Positions 24,544-38,947 of a stretch of 64,000 bases of DNA are shown here, piece by piece. This DNA is from Lytechinus pictus. Its lineage: Eukaryota. Positions within the stretch are counted from its first letter, which is position 1, and each line of letters begins with the position of its first letter. The notes under the pieces were generated by a model. It was given only the letters and a program-made list of their open reading frames with translations. It ran no database searches and had not been told where the DNA came from. A program made the position numbers and the translations under genes. The stretch is taken from contig NC_087252.1 in NCBI RefSeq assembly GCF_037042905.1, positions 14,696,001-14,760,000 on the forward strand, given 5' to 3'.

Positions 24544-27500
24544 TCATTCCTCTGGTAACCCCAGAGAAACTTGCCTCCCTTCTTCAGATCGCAGTGGTCC
24601 CTAATAAATGAGAAATGAGAAAAGAATTTAGGTTAAAAAAAGATTTATACAAGTGACAACATCCATTACCATTTTATAATTTTGAAATGAATTATCATTG
24701 AATTGACTAATAGAGGATCAAATATTAATTAATTTTTAAAAACTTTTTGAGGTTTATAACACTTTCTGGACATAGTGTCACATGCACATTTACATAGATT
24801 TGTATATTTCCACGCTAACGTTGGCTAAAATTGCCCCCTCCCCATCCTATACACACAGAGACCTCTACGTCCACAGAGAAGAAGACAAAGGTGGGGATAG
24901 GAAAATAAAAATAAGCGCCGTATACCAGTCAGACTGCAGGGGGGCATTTCATGAAAGGACTCGTCGGACGTTTTATCCGACAAGTCCCATTTTATCCGAC
25001 AGTTACCATAGGAACAGTGCCTCTCAGCCAATCAAAATCATGGAAAGATGTCAGATCTGACAACTTGTCGGATGAAAATATTGATGAAACGCTCCCCAGG
25101 TCCCAAGAAAGTGGCTTCTTTCATCCAAGTGATATTCATGACTTGAGATGTTTTGCATATTTAATGAGCTTGATGCGGACCAAAACACCTCTTTTCATTC
25201 GGTCATTGCTGCTCTAATTGTGCATCGAATTTCATGAATTTGGTACCATTGTAAAGAAGACGAATCATTCTTTCAGGTCATGTGTTTGGATTTATTCAAA
25301 GATTTTGTAATATAGGTTAAAAGTTTGATCTAAAATATGCTACAAAAGAAATATTTTCACCTGACAAAAGCTGCTATTTTCACACTCTATTTTTGTTTGA
25401 GCCCAAATGATTTTTATATCATGATAAAGCTGAATATGTATGCTTTGAAATTATATAGGTTTCAAAATAAGAATTGGTTTAATCGGGTCAAGATCACACT
25501 TTTCATTTGCCAAGTACATAAAGCAGCTTGAAAACAAGAATACTGCACTCTGATTGGTCAAAGAGACCACACAATGGCAAATTCCAACGGTTCCAGTGCC
25601 TGGGTTCGTGGGAAGGTCACACTTCCCATGTGGTAATCTCCTCAAATACCCCGCGCCTGTTGTTCTGTGAGCCTTATCCAGCCAATCAGAACTCTGGATT
25701 TCATGCAAGTACAAAAATTCAGAAATCTCGTCTTGTACATTGGTGGGAAAAGTGTGATCTTATCCTGATTAAAAGGTGCCGCATATCAAGAGTGGCATTG
25801 TGAGAAAGTACAGATGTTCAGCTTTATGGTGATATAGATATCACTGAGGCTCAAAATAAAAAGTTTTGCGTAATTTGCAAAAGAAAACAGAGGAAGAAAA
25901 TTCAGTTTTTTGGCACATTTTCAGGCCAGAAATTTACTTATTTAACAAAATATTGTATACAGTGGAAATGACCAATATGAAAGAGTAACTTTTACTCTAT
26001 CTGATGGTGCAATAATATTTCATTTAACTTGAGGTTAAAACAGGTAAATTCTTAGAGAAAGAAAATCTCATGAATCACGAGATTTTGCAAGGAGGAGGAT
26101 TCAGCCACGAGATGATTTGGATGAATCTGGCCTTTTTGCTCATTAGCATAGGGACCTGCGGTCTGACTGATACTTACTATCTCGGACATTTCTTCATCGC
26201 GTGTCTCCGACCCCGAAGTTTCGGGAGCAGCGTCCAGTCCCACCACGAAGTTTCTTTCGTCCTGAGGCTGCACACCCACTGTCAAGACCTCTTTTTCTTC
26301 CTTAAAAAATGTAGAAAAGCAATTTCAAAGTAAATGATGAGATGGGGAGAGGACTATTTTATATGCGAGGAAAGAAAAAGAAATTTACTTTATTTCCTTT
26401 CTCCCGTCATATTGCATTCACAAAAAAAATGAAGAAGGTGAAACGGGTGGAATTAAAATAGCATTCATGCATAAGCCTATATTGAGTTAACAGCCATAAC
26501 AAAGAATAGACCCCCCCAAAAAAAAAAATGTTTACATACTTCATAAATTTTGTATGTGGAATGATTAATTTAATATGAAATTTTGATGAGCCTATATTTT
26601 AGTAATACTTGTCTGATTTTGAGTTGGTCAGAGTATTAAAATAACACATAGAGGGCAGCATTCACGTTTATCAATTTTCTTCTTCAAGTATTATCTCCAT
26701 TCGAAACCTTATTCATTGTGTTTTATTTATTCAAATTGATATTATTATACTGTATGAAATAATTTTCTTAAACAATAAGGAATAATATGACAATGAGGTT
26801 ATCCCTTTTTATTGATATACTCTGTAAATGCAAAGGAGCTAATCTGGTCCCTAATAATCACGCTCCTCCCAGATGCAGAGTGAGATGAGAGACCAGTCGT
26901 CATGGAATGAGATTTCGGTCTTTCAAGAGTGAGTTTTCACCTTTTTTAGGAGTGAAAGTGTGCATTTTTTTTTCAAGTTTCACTCTAAAAGAGATGAAAA
27001 TTCACTCTTGAAAGACCGAAATCTCACTCCATTACGACTGGTCCCATCATCTCACTCTAAGAGGAGCGTGATTATATTAGGGATCAGATTAGCTTCTTTG
27101 CATACTCACCTTCATTTTCAGCACGATTTCTACTTCATTATTATGGACAGAAAATGAGATCTTGGTCGTGCTGGATGGATCGATTTCAAGATGGAAACCT
27201 GGACCCTTCATTGATATCTAGCAAAATATAAACAAAGAAAAATACTGATTTAAAAAATTGATAAAAAAAAACAAACACACCAATATACACGTCCCTCGAC
27301 AAATCTCACATGAAAACATAAGCGAATTAACATTTTTAGTGAATTACTACACAGCAAAAACTGTGGTGTTAACCGGTGTACATAGAGGACCACACCGGTT
27401 ATTTAACACCGGTGTTAAATTGGTGGTGTTAGTTTTACACCTATAGGTGTTATTACAACACCTATGGCTGTTACATTTACATTCTTTGGTGTTATGTTCA

Positions 27501-27816
27501 ATCTCTAGGGTGTTATTTTAACACCTCAGGGTGTGGTCCTCTATTAACACCAACTGGTGTCAGTTTTAACGCCACAGTTTTTACAGTGTACCAACGGAGA
27601 AATTAAAATTATACATATGAAAATATCTCCAAATCAGTAAGTCCAAAGTTATTTTTAACAACTATATAATTCCATCAGCAAAAAGAATTCTTCACCGCCT
27701 TTAGCAGTTTAGTGCCTTATACTCTCTTATTCTATGACTATAAAATTTTAATTTTTTACCTTATTTTTGTCGTTGTCTCTGTCACTGGGGTAGGTGATAC
27801 GATGCTGAGTTGACAT
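24544..27816 (-). CDS. Uncharacterised acidic ~114-aa protein, copy A; coding exons 27760-27816, 27110-27217, 26178-26300, 24544-24600
   Basis: Pyrimidine-tract AG acceptors and donors GTAAAA, GTGAGT, GTAAGT; all three introns are phase 0. Spliced frame: MSTQHRITYPSDRDNDKNK-ISMKGPGFHLEIDPSSTTKISFSVHNNEVEIVLKMK-EEKEVLTVGVQPQDERNFVVGLDAAPETSGSETRDEEMSEI-GPLRSEEGRQVSLGLPEE*. An acceptor 2 nt before the ATG implies an unidentified upstream exon, so the protein could be longer. Confidence 0.72.
24925..26170. mobile_element. TA-flanked TIR element in the last intron (also 40608-41686)
   Basis: TA-CCAGTCAGACTGCAGGTCCC...GGGACCTGCGGTCTGACTGA-TA. The left TIR is uninterrupted in copy B. Confidence 0.85.
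24940..25095. mobile_element. PIF/Harbinger-like MITE inserted in the left TIR of the previous element
   Basis: CAG-GGGGGCATTTCAT...ATGAAACGCTCCC-CAG. Empty site GACTGCAGGTCCC at ~40615. Confidence 0.92.
26828..27103. mobile_element. Palindromic MITE in intron (also ~42473-43425 with nested insertion)
   Basis: ATGCAAAGGAGCTAATCTGGTCCCTAAT...ATTAGGGATCAGATTAGCTTCTTTGCAT. The arms pair almost to the centre. The TSD is unclear. Confidence 0.85.
27350..27588. mobile_element. CACTA/CMC-like MITE (also 43671-43909)
   Basis: TA-CACAGCAAAAACTGTGG...CCACAGTTTTTACAGTG-TA with repeated GGTGTT/AACACC internal motifs. Confidence 0.85.
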
Positions 27817-28074
27817 TTCTATGCATGAAATGGAGAAAATTAATTATGAAATTTTTTTCAATGAAGTTCTTTATTCTCCAGAATTATACATTGTAATACA
27901 TCAAATAACTCGTAAAAATACTTTTCTGCCCTATAATTATGATCTGTCCCAACTTTGTTCTCTCTCTTCTCACCACATCACAGCTTAATTTCTACTAAAC
28001 GGTTTTTTATGAGTTATTAATTAGCTATATCCAACCATCAGTGTTTCTGTTTCTGCTTATGGTAACTCCCGTAG

Positions 28075-28285
28075 GAACTAGACAGGACAGCATTTTGCTG
28101 GTAAACATCAAGCTGGTATAATTACCTGGGAAACATTTTTATGTGTAGGTTAATAAGTCATAATGGCTGACCTTATAGACGACAGATACTCTCGGGCATT
28201 TTTATGAAAGTGGTGACAATGGCAGAGTGGGGATTCGAACTCACAATCTTGTGATTGTTAGTCCAATGCTCTAACCACTCGACCC
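28075..28285 (-). mobile_element. Decayed tRNA-derived SINE (also ~44375-44585)
   Basis: Minus strand GGTCGAGTGGTTAGAGC (A box) and GAGTTCGAATCCCC (B box). Confidence 0.65.
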
Positions 28286-31200
28286 GTGTAATATTGTCAC
28301 ACCACTTACATCGTGTAATATTGTTATACCAGTTTTATTATTTTTTGGGTCGATTTGTCTCTTCTCTATTTTTTCCTAATTTCCATTTAAAAAAAAGATA
28401 AACAAAAAGTCAGTGTAAAAATTATACATTACAAACTCTATCAATCTATCCCGTGATATGATTTTTCTCTTTTGCCGAATCCGAGTCAATACTACATCGT
28501 ATCGCATTTGATTTTTTTTTGTTAAGAGGGTACACGATGATCAAAGTCCATTTCAATACACTAGCCGAAGAAATTATGTTTGTACATACAACGCAGCTCT
28601 GTAATACATACTGTATAACGGGATCATTTCCACTACAAGTAAATTGTTGATAAAATATAATGTACGATTTCTTCTTCATTTGGAGTCATCATATACATTG
28701 GAATAAAGTGAATAATAAGGTAATATAATGTGTTTTGTTTTAGTAGACATTTTATAAATTATTATCAGATAATTTCGCCTTAATCTGTCTGGTTATGTTG
28801 ATAATAAAATGCCTTGGTTACATTCATTCGTCTTTCCCAGACAATCTCACTGTGATTTGCATGATAATGATTTTCATTGCACTGTATATGTCTAAACTGA
28901 TTACATATACCAAGTGAACAATCATGAATTCATGGCCTTGACTGACTGAAGGAAGGGCAGGAAATTGTTTTGTCAATGCACCCCGCCCCCTCAAAACAAA
29001 AATCACAATCATAATCATAATAATTATATTATTTTAAAGAAAATTGTTCATTACGTTATTGAAGAGAATCTCACTAGTCGCATACACCCAGCAGGTTATA
29101 GCAGTGGTGTACTGAGTAACATATTTTTTTTAATTTTTTTATTTTTTTTGGAGGGGAGGGGCAAGACATGACAAATGAGGCAAAATCTTTCTAAAAAACA
29201 ACAACTGTGAGAGGGCGAAGCGAGAGGGAAAAAACGTTGACACTTTTTAATAAAAAAAAATCAAAGTTTGTGATGTTTGTGACAGAGTTTGAGATAGAAT
29301 ATAAAAGATGACACCCTTTTGGTTCCCTTCCTTTCCATTTCTCTTTTTTTATCCTTGGTCGTGTATTTTTTTTTTTTTGGGGGGGGAGGCTCCAAGGCCC
29401 GACGCCCCTCATAAACACTTATTTAAACTGTTAAAAACTACAAAGTGTGTTGTATGAAACTTAAACAAGGTTTTATTTTTTATTCTGTAGAATAAGGGCA
29501 CTCTATATTGGGACAAACGAAAATATCTTTATGCATTACCAGCAAGTTTATGATAAGCAGACAATTGTTTGATTATAATTGTAGATATTCTTTTGTTTTA
29601 TTGTAATTGCAGCAAACTAGATTATGATTGGTGACTTTTACGAATAATGACCTCTGTTTCATTTAAATGCTGCTTTTTTTTTTTAGAGTGGTGCGTATAT
29701 AAGCCGCAGACCACCATTCTTACGCTCAAAGTAGTATTCAAATGCGTAGCACATTTCTCTTCGCGAAAGAAAAAGGTGATCACCGTTCAAAAACTTTTTT
29801 TTCGTCGCCTCTTCGTTCCAAAGAGAGTCGCCTTTTCTTCATCATGTTCATGTATGTGAATTCGGTTCGCACGCTACACGCTCGCACGCACGCACGCATC
29901 GAAGTCTGTATTCGCCCCACAGAGATGTATTATAATCATATAGAGATATGATAAATCTATGATTATAATGGAAGGGGGGCGGGGCTACATCTTTATGATT
30001 CACCCCGACCATGCCTACTCGCGCTACCCACGCCAGAGCCGGTCGAACAGCAGTGTACATTCTTACTTTACAGAGGCCATCGTTGTCACCAAATCAAAAA
30101 ACAATTTGCATAGTTCCGAAGACCGTCTTTTTCATGATTAGTCAGTCTCATTGCCCCCCGTTTATTATTTTTATTTATTTTGCCCGCAACTGTAAAAAAT
30201 TCTGAATCAGTAGTTAACACTTAATGTAAGTAGAATTTATAATTTGGAGAAATTATTTTCGTTTTTTTCCCAGTAGTTTTAACTTGTCTTTTAATTTACT
30301 TGATTTATTTGGGTTCAATATACATTTAAGAAATTTCACGTATTGCTAGCTTGCTTCGATTGAGTTAATCTAACTCAATTAGGTAAAGATGATTATTACT
30401 TATAAAATCATGTTGAATGTACTTATGTTTTTTCAATTAACGCCTTATTTAAATAATGCATGAATAATCATTAAAGCAAGTAATTTTTTTTTTGAATAAC
30501 TGTCATATCTATTTGTGTTTGATATTGTTTTGGATAAGGGTGTGCTAACTATTTTATTCTTTTGTTGAATCAAAGAAAGATCAACATTAAATAGTCATTT
30601 AGCAGACGATTTCAGATTTCTTTTTAGGTTTTCGGAAAATGCTTATATTATTCTCAATGTTTTATTTGTAAAAATGAAACGATCGCGTATAAATATCAAT
30701 GTCAGTACAGGTCAGTGACAATGTGCTATATACTGAATTTTTTGATTTTTTTGTAATTGAATTAAGTTATTGTAACTTTTTTTTTTTTGTAAAATGGATG
30801 CAAAGAAAATAAGTAAATTTTTCTTAAAACTGCCAAACTCATAAATACTTGAAAAAATTAAGGCATTTTTTTGGCCACAATTTTATTGAGTAATTTCAAC
30901 AATTTATTTTTTACAAGCCCTCCCCCTCCGTCCGCTGGCTACCCTTTCCGGGTATTATGACTAGCGACCCTTCGTTAAATTATGACTCGTGATTTTCTTT
31001 TCCTGTAATGACTCGCGCTAATTATGACTAGCAGGTGGACTCTGAGGATAGGTGGGATTTATTGGTCAATCCATTTTCTATCCGAAGCGCACAACCGAGG
31101 GAGTGAAGCGAACGAGGTTATTACCTCGTTTTATTTTCTTCTGTCTGTCTCTACAATTATCTCTTCCTTTTCTTCCACTCTGCTTTTTATTTGCCCATCA

Positions 31201-34200
31201 TTATTTTTTCTTCTCATGACATTCACTCAGAATTGATAATCATTCTATTTCTCCAGGACTCTTTTTTTAAGCAGGCCTTTGGGCACTGAAAGGACTACCC
31301 TGTTTTAAAATAAAACCGAATAAATAACTCTTTGTAATGACTGAAAGAAAAACTGAAGTTGCTGTGACCTATAGATTTAATGAGCCTAACAAAACATGAA
31401 ACATTCAGGATTGGAATCCTTGTCATGGCGCCTACATACCGAGGCACTTATCTGCATTTCTCTGTAATCATACATGAACAAAAATGAAAATGTTTCATGC
31501 ATAATATATCAAACGGTGCACGTATTTTTTAATGATAATAATATGCAACATTTATCATGTTCATAATGTTAATACAATGTTTCTAAGCGCTGCGTACTAT
31601 TACCCCTTGTTTTAGCACAGCTACTATTAGCACTTCTACTATTAAAGGTTACTCGAGCATTCAAGGAATTTCTTCCTACCTGGTACCCATTCACTATACC
31701 TGGGTGGAGAGTGGCAAATGTAGATAAACGCTTGCCAAAGGACGCGAGTACCGTGGTTAGATTTGAACCCCGGACCTTTTGGTTCAGAGTCCAGGGATTT
31801 ATCCACTGATCCACAACACCCTTTTTGTGGGTTATTAATCGATGTATTGCATGATCGATTATAATCATATAATTACCTGTCTTTTTTCAACAGTGTTGAT
31901 TGATTTATATTGTAACGTGCACCGTGGCTTGCATGATTCAAAATAAATGAATTTAATGAATGATATTCCAAACGAAATACTTTTCTGTATTCAATTTATT
32001 GAATCTTTAAAAGAAAAAAACCGAAGAGGATAAAAAGAGCACACTTTCTCCACAAATAATCGACCCTAGAAAATTTTTTATATTTTCATATTCAATAGTG
32101 CGCTAATAATTAGTGATGTAAATAAAGTATGAAATAAATTCATTTATAAAGGGGATAATTTTGTGTGAATCTTTCAAACATTTATAGCATACCTCTTTAT
32201 TTCACACGTATAAATATATTTTTTTAAATTGAATTTATGAGTATGCTTAAGTTTGATATTTTTTTCTGTTCACTGAGATTAATTCCTCAATATCTTTCTA
32301 CTTTTTAATTTATAAGCGAACAGAAACTTGAAATCTTTGAAATTTTCAGCAAACATTTCTTGGACAAATGTGAAATATTTCCGTGGCATTTGATGACCAT
32401 GATATCTCACTGATTATTTAGGATATAAATATCAAAAGCATGCTTGAATCATCCCTTACACCGCATTTGAGTGTCGGTCTTAAAAAAATAGAAGAGAAAC
32501 GATTTATGAAAAAAAGTGATAATTTTCGCAAACCATAAATACAAAAATGGTGTACTCATGTTATGTTCTGTGATACAAATGCGCCCATACTTTTGAAAGA
32601 AAGTGAAAAGAAAATTGAACTTCAAAATGACGAGCTTTAATTTTAAGATTTCCAAAGATATTTTCCAAAATAGCTCACTGAAAGAAATTGTTAAGACTTA
32701 TCATTTAGTTTCATCGGATGATCGGAATGAAAAAAAATAGAGACCTTGGAAATTTAGGCAAGCATGCTTATTGGAAAACAAATGTTTGGATGAAATTCTA
32801 AGTATAAACCGTAAAAATAAATGAAATAAGGCTTACTTGCTTACGGATGTACCCTCTGCTAGCTGTCCAAGACTTTGATGAAATGACAAGTAGGCTAAGT
32901 GAAAATGCAATTGAAATACAAAAGCCAAATTGGTGTTTGAAGTTAAACTCCTTTTTAATGGTTTAGCAACTGCTTATAAACGCTGTCACAAAACATGCTT
33001 ACAAAAAAAAAAAAGAAGAAGCGACACAGCACCAAAATTGATCGTGCATATCGCATGAACGTGTTGGATTACATCCATAACATTATTCATCACCGTATTT
33101 TTCAATTTAGCGAAAATTTCTTTCATGGGGAATTCCACTTTTTTTGTCTACAACTGAGCCAATTTTTCGTGTCAAATTAAATTGACAATATCTGTAACCC
33201 GCTAATATTATGACAAATTTTGCTTTAATATCTAAAACACTTTGATCAAAGCAGATCATCAATCAAAACTTGAGTTGAATTTCCAGTATATCCCGTTAAC
33301 CATAACAATTTAATTTTAGGAGTTTGCTATTTAATTGCAGCTATTATATAATCGATCTATTAATCGATCTATGACACTAAATCCAACCTCAGACAGGAAG
33401 GATTATAAAAATTTGGCAATTGGGAGGTATAGGGGGGGGGGGTCTGTGGTTGATTGGTGTCTTAATTTCAGTCGGATAAATATTCCAAATGTATTTATTA
33501 CTCCTTGCCTAACCTCACCAGTGTCTGCATGAGACTACTTGTTCTCGTTCATGATATATGAACGCACTGGTAAACACATACTGGAGCTCAGTAACATTGA
33601 GCTTATTCCTCGGTCACATTTGCTCTACTAGACGGCGGCCGTACGGAGTCGAAAACCGCCGTTTTAACATTTTTTTTTTGTACCAGCTACTTAAAGGTGG
33701 CTTGAATTTCATAACATTTTATAAAACGACTGTTTTCGACTCGCCTTATATACGGCCGCCGTAGATCAAATGTGACCAAGGTATTAGCGATTGATTTTAG
33801 AGCTGGTTTTCTGCAATAATTTGCATTGTTTATCGTGTATGATCAATCGTATCATAATGCTCACTATCAAGTGCAAATCCTTTATGTGGCCGGCCGGACC
33901 GTGGTCTACATTCCTTTGCTTTTATTTCTATCTTTTCATAGTTTATACATTGACTTTGCGGGTAGTGCAATTACATTTCTAGATGAGATAAGGGTAGGAA
34001 AATATCCGAGGTCTTTAAAAATGGTTTAAATATTCATTTGTTTGAAAAATGAAAAAAAAAATATCGGTTTAGCAGTCTATATTGTCTGGTTAATAGGCCA
34101 GTTGAGACTAAACAGTTTGACATGGACTAATATTTGACAATCCTATACGGCCGCCGTGCGGTGAGTAAAAAAATAGCCGGTTCATCTAATTTTATTCAAA

Positions 34201-35708
34201 CCACCAATAATGTAGCTGGTACAAAAAGTGCCCGGGGGGCCACTTACATTGACGAGTAAGCGCGACCAAAAAAACACGTTAAAAGGATGTATTTTTTCAC
34301 GATAGGGCACGTTACTTACGTACCGTGATAAGGGTGTCAAAAACACATAAATAATGAAAAAGGGGTACTTATTTCGCTACGTGTTTAGGGTCGAATTTGC
34401 GGAGATGATAAAACAAAATTAAAATGTTTTATAAAGGATGTCCTTTTTGCCCCAACACTTCGTGTTTAGAGTCCGATTTGCGCGAGGTGTAGAAGGTGGG
34501 GTCGTACTAAACCAAGTAAGGTAAAGCCGACGAGGCGACGACTGAAGGACCCGTAACAATAAAACATTCCTGTTCTTGTTTAGGGGTTCATTTCAGGGAA
34601 TATTTGCCAAGAGTATCGTTTTGTTTCCAATACTTGTTAAGGGTAGGGTTTCACACGCCAATACTTGTTAAGGGGTGTATTTTCAGAATATGGAAATTAC
34701 GTGTTTAGGGTGCTTTTCGAGACCCCATGGTCGCGCATGGTATCCACTCGAGAATGGAATTGGCCCCCCGGGAAAAAAGTGTTTAAACTGCTGTTTTCGA
34801 CTTGCCTTATGGCGACCGTAGGGTAAATGTGACTGAGCCTTAAGTGATATCAAAAGCATGCTTGAATCATCATAAATTCTGGTTCTAACTGGTCTGAAGG
34901 GAATTCCCCGTAATTTTTAATCTCTTTGATTGGATGTAAAAAAACAGCCAATCATACAACTCACTGAACACACACATCCAGAGCTGGAGCGGAGCTGGAC
35001 CTGGCGGTGCGAATTGCAGTGCAGCTGCATACCTTTTGTCATTCTAACGTGGGCTTTCTATCGGGTGAACGGACACGCATCCCACTGAAGATTCAATTGT
35101 TATTTCCTCTATCATCTCATTGATCATGATTGAGATATATTTCTGGTTTTCTTATCGATGAATTTGATGGAGAGCTTCTAACAATCATCTTCGGAGGACT
35201 ACTGTTGGAAAAAGGTTTATTTCCCCGTTTTACAAACTCAACGAAATTAAGCGTTTCTAATTTGTTATGAAATCGAGTTTCGGTTGATTGTAATGCTTTC
35301 TGCGATTGTATCCAGAAAGGGATTTTACGAAGAAGCTTTAGATTTTAGGTTTTATATCAAATTGCTATGCATTTGCGAAGAACAACTAGTCCTTGAACTG
35401 CAAATTTCAAACTGTGTGTTGTTTGATCGATGATGCTGTTACGTATACATGTCGGGTATTGGAGTTGAAGAGGTCAAATGACCGATTTGAATACTTTATT
35501 CTTGTGACGATCAGATGTAGTGAAGTTATTTCTCACTCATATTTGTGATTTACGGATTGGGAATTATTTTATTCGATGTCACTTTGAAACCTGCGGTAAG
35601 TTTGTCTGTCTTGAATTTAAAAATAGATGTTTATATATTTTTGGTTGCGTTTGATTAATCATGGACAAAGGTGGATGGAATGTTGGTACATCTGTACATG
35701 ATGTATTA

Positions 35709-36124
35709 AGGCGACCGCACACCTTTACGACTGGTCGGCGACTCGATTTCAGAATAAAATGTAGTAGAATTTGATGCTAATATTGAGACTTGGAATATCT
35801 TACTGTGTAATGTTCTAAATCATCGTACGAATACCTATGTTCAAATCTGTGACTATGCTATCATCCTCCTTAGAATAAAAGCGAATTCAATATCTAGTCG
35901 TAATGACGTCATAGCAGTCGTACGATTGACTACGATTTGAAACTAATCTGGCCTTTACCAAAAAATAAAAGCTTGCAATCTTTCAAAATGGTTATATTAG
36001 TATTCTTTCAATTGATTTCAACCTCAAATAAAATGATATGTTCCATTCACATTTTCAGAAAATAAGCAAAATGCAATTTGTTCCAAAATCGGATCGCGAA
36101 CAGTCGTAAGGTGTGCGGTGACCT
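35709..36124. mobile_element. PIF/Harbinger-like MITE, unit B specific
   Basis: TTA-AGGCGACCGCACACCTTTACGACTG...CAGTCGTAAGGTGTGCGGTGACCT-TTA. Empty site GTATTAAAGATC at ~14796 and ~58425. Confidence 0.92.
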
Positions 36125-38947
36125 TTAAAGATCAACTCAGTTTTCAACCTGTGAGTAGAAACTGCTTGTGTATAATTATTGTTAAAAATTAAAGTATTAT
36201 ACGTAAAATAATGGTAGAATGTCATATAATTATGTCATGTGTCCTGTTATGCATGCACAGTAAATCACGTGTTGTATTTTGTTTTCTTCTTGTGAACGAA
36301 TGTGTGTTTTATAATCAATTTGGATTTCTTTCCTCCCCCGTAGCTGTTCCTTGTATGTAAATTATGCTTGGTAGATAGTATACTTTGATATAACTGTAAT
36401 GTATATCACGAGTTATTATTTTTTTAATGTTTGTTATTTAACATTTTAATTATTGCACTTGTTGTAGAAGTATACGCCTAGCCATTAGCCATATATTATT
36501 ATATAGATAAATAATATGAAAACTATAATCATAAAATCATCATGAGATTTAAGGACCTATAATAATAATTATCTCAAAAAGCTATGCTCTCTTTATGATC
36601 ATCTTCGTATCCCCTTAAGTTGCTAAAGAAACTCGAGAAACTCGATACTGTACAAACCTATTTGAAGTGTTAATGTATCATACTTATTAATGTATTTGAT
36701 TGGTAGAGAATTTAATAGACTGGATAACTTCATTTTTTTGCCAACATTTCTTTACCATCCCCTCTTTCGGTCTTATACCCCACTCCTTCCTGATTCATGC
36801 CCACCAATACAAGTCAAGACTCTTGGCAATTACCTTCGATAAGAAGGTATTTAATGTCAAATTCCAAAATTGTAATCTCGGGTTAACCCCCAAATCACAC
36901 AATAAAGTTGATGCGATGGGACAGGTTCGATTCCTGTGAGATTCCGATCATATCAATATCGATCAAGAAGAATCTTCACTGGTGTCCATTCATAATCATT
37001 ATTGTGTTGAATATAGTATAATTATATACAATCATTCTAAATGTCATGGATTATTGAGTGTCCCTATATTATCACTGATCTTTTCACAATGATATTTGTG
37101 TAATATTTGACCGTAGAAGTATAGGTAACTACAGGGTTTCATTTCTTATTCAGAAACCTAACTAATATTATGTAAATGAAATTCCATTTTGGATGCAATA
37201 ATAGAGGACGGCATGACTTGGCATTAAAAAAATTATCATTGATGTTTTCAGGTTTTTGACTTGGTAGGAAATTGAGGATGAGACGTAATTTGCTGTTATA
37301 ATGACGTATGTGTAATTATATTTTTGAAATAAAGATTATAGTATATTATCCTAGGGGAAACTGGGCTCAAACTTTCAATTCTAGATCCAAAACAATCTTG
37401 ATTCCTCATACATTTTAAGAGAATATTATTTTTAAATAAAACTTCCACATTTTAGCGAGTTAGTTATGATAAAGATACTAAGCTTTTCCTAATTTTCTTT
37501 AAATTATTTTATGTTTATTTTATTTTTCACACGATATAACCCTCAGATTTCTTACTGTCCTTTCTGTAGCTCTCACATGCCACTCCTGATTCCGAGTTTC
37601 GGATCATAACCTTTCACTTCCCCCTCCCCTATTCTCACCCTCTCCGAGTCTAACAGCTAAACCGATAGTTTCCTCTCCATTTTTGTATTTTATCTTGTAC
37701 TATCACATTGTCATGATTGTATAAGATTTGTTTGTATTAAAATTCATATTACTTTGATTTTAGTTGTCGCTTAAAGGCATCTAGAAAACTACATCATAAT
37801 CATCGTAATCATCACCATCCTCATCACCATCGTCATCACCACCCTCATCATCATCATCTTAACTATCATCATCATCATCATCATCTTAGCAATCATTATC
37901 ATCATCACTTTCATCATCATCATTAATGTTGTGGAGCGTTGTGGCCCAGTGGATTAGTCTTCTGACTTCTGAAACAGATGGTCGTGGGTTCGAATCCCAT
38001 GCAGCCATGGCGTAATTTCCTTCAGCAAGAACCTCATCCACATTGTGCTGCACTCAACCCATGTGAGGTGAATGGGTACCCAGTAGGAAGAAATGTTTTG
38101 AATGCTTGAGCGTCTTGGCAGCTCAGCTAAACCGGGGTAATAATATTAGCAGGGCCCGCTGGTAGAACAGTTTTCGAAACTGAAGTGGCTACCCTAGGTA
38201 AATATACCTATATTATTATTATTATTATCATCATCATCATCATCACCACCACCACCACCACCACTTTCATCATCGCCGTCATCATTATCGTATTTCTGGT
38301 TGCCAACCACGATTAAGCTCGACTACCAATATTTGATATCCAAACATAACCCAATACAAACGACAGCTGTCAGGGCATTTAGCATAATAATTTAGTAAAG
38401 CATTGTTTTATAATTTCACATGCAATACACAAGAGGAGTGAATATATAATCATTTTGTATTTATTGATCACTAGAGATTATTTTATTGTTTTAATTATGT
38501 AAGTCATTGTTATACAGTTATCAGTCGTGACAACAAATCATGACAATGAAAATCAGTATTGGGATAATTACCATACACAAGATTAAACCTAAATCGATTT
38601 AATTTCATTTCACATCGATTCCATTTCACTTATTTCTACAATAACTGCAAAATGAATTTCGCACCTCAAAATCATTATTAGAAATACACTTTAAATTGCT
38701 TATGAATTATAACAATTCAATACACATATCAAAGTAGCTGAATAATTATGAACTAGCTAATTTGAGTAATTTGACAACTGTATTGGGGAGGAAAACTGAC
38801 CCCCCCCCCCTGCACATAATTATCATGTGAATCAGAATCATATCAAGTGGTATCATATCAATCGAACATCGGCGAAAATCAGTTGAGGGGGTAAATTATA
38901 GTTTACCCCATCCCATTGAATCCTTATTTCTAATGGAAAATAATGAA

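Larger units (their letters stand above)
2958..29637. repeat. Tandem segmental duplication unit A (~26.7 kb)
   Basis: Collinear with 29638-45797 and 45798-64000. Each unit starts TTACGAATAATGACC..TTTCATTTAAATGCTGC. Confidence 0.95.

Noticed and set aside
26070..26333. Plus-strand 87-aa hydrophobic ORF
   Set aside because: It overlaps a transposon end and is antisense to a better-supported exon with splice signals on the minus strand.
28890..28955. First non-coding exon of the orphan gene (TCAGTC initiator-like, TTG|GTATAT donor)
   Set aside because: The donor is weak and there are out-of-frame upstream ATGs. It cannot be supported without transcript data.
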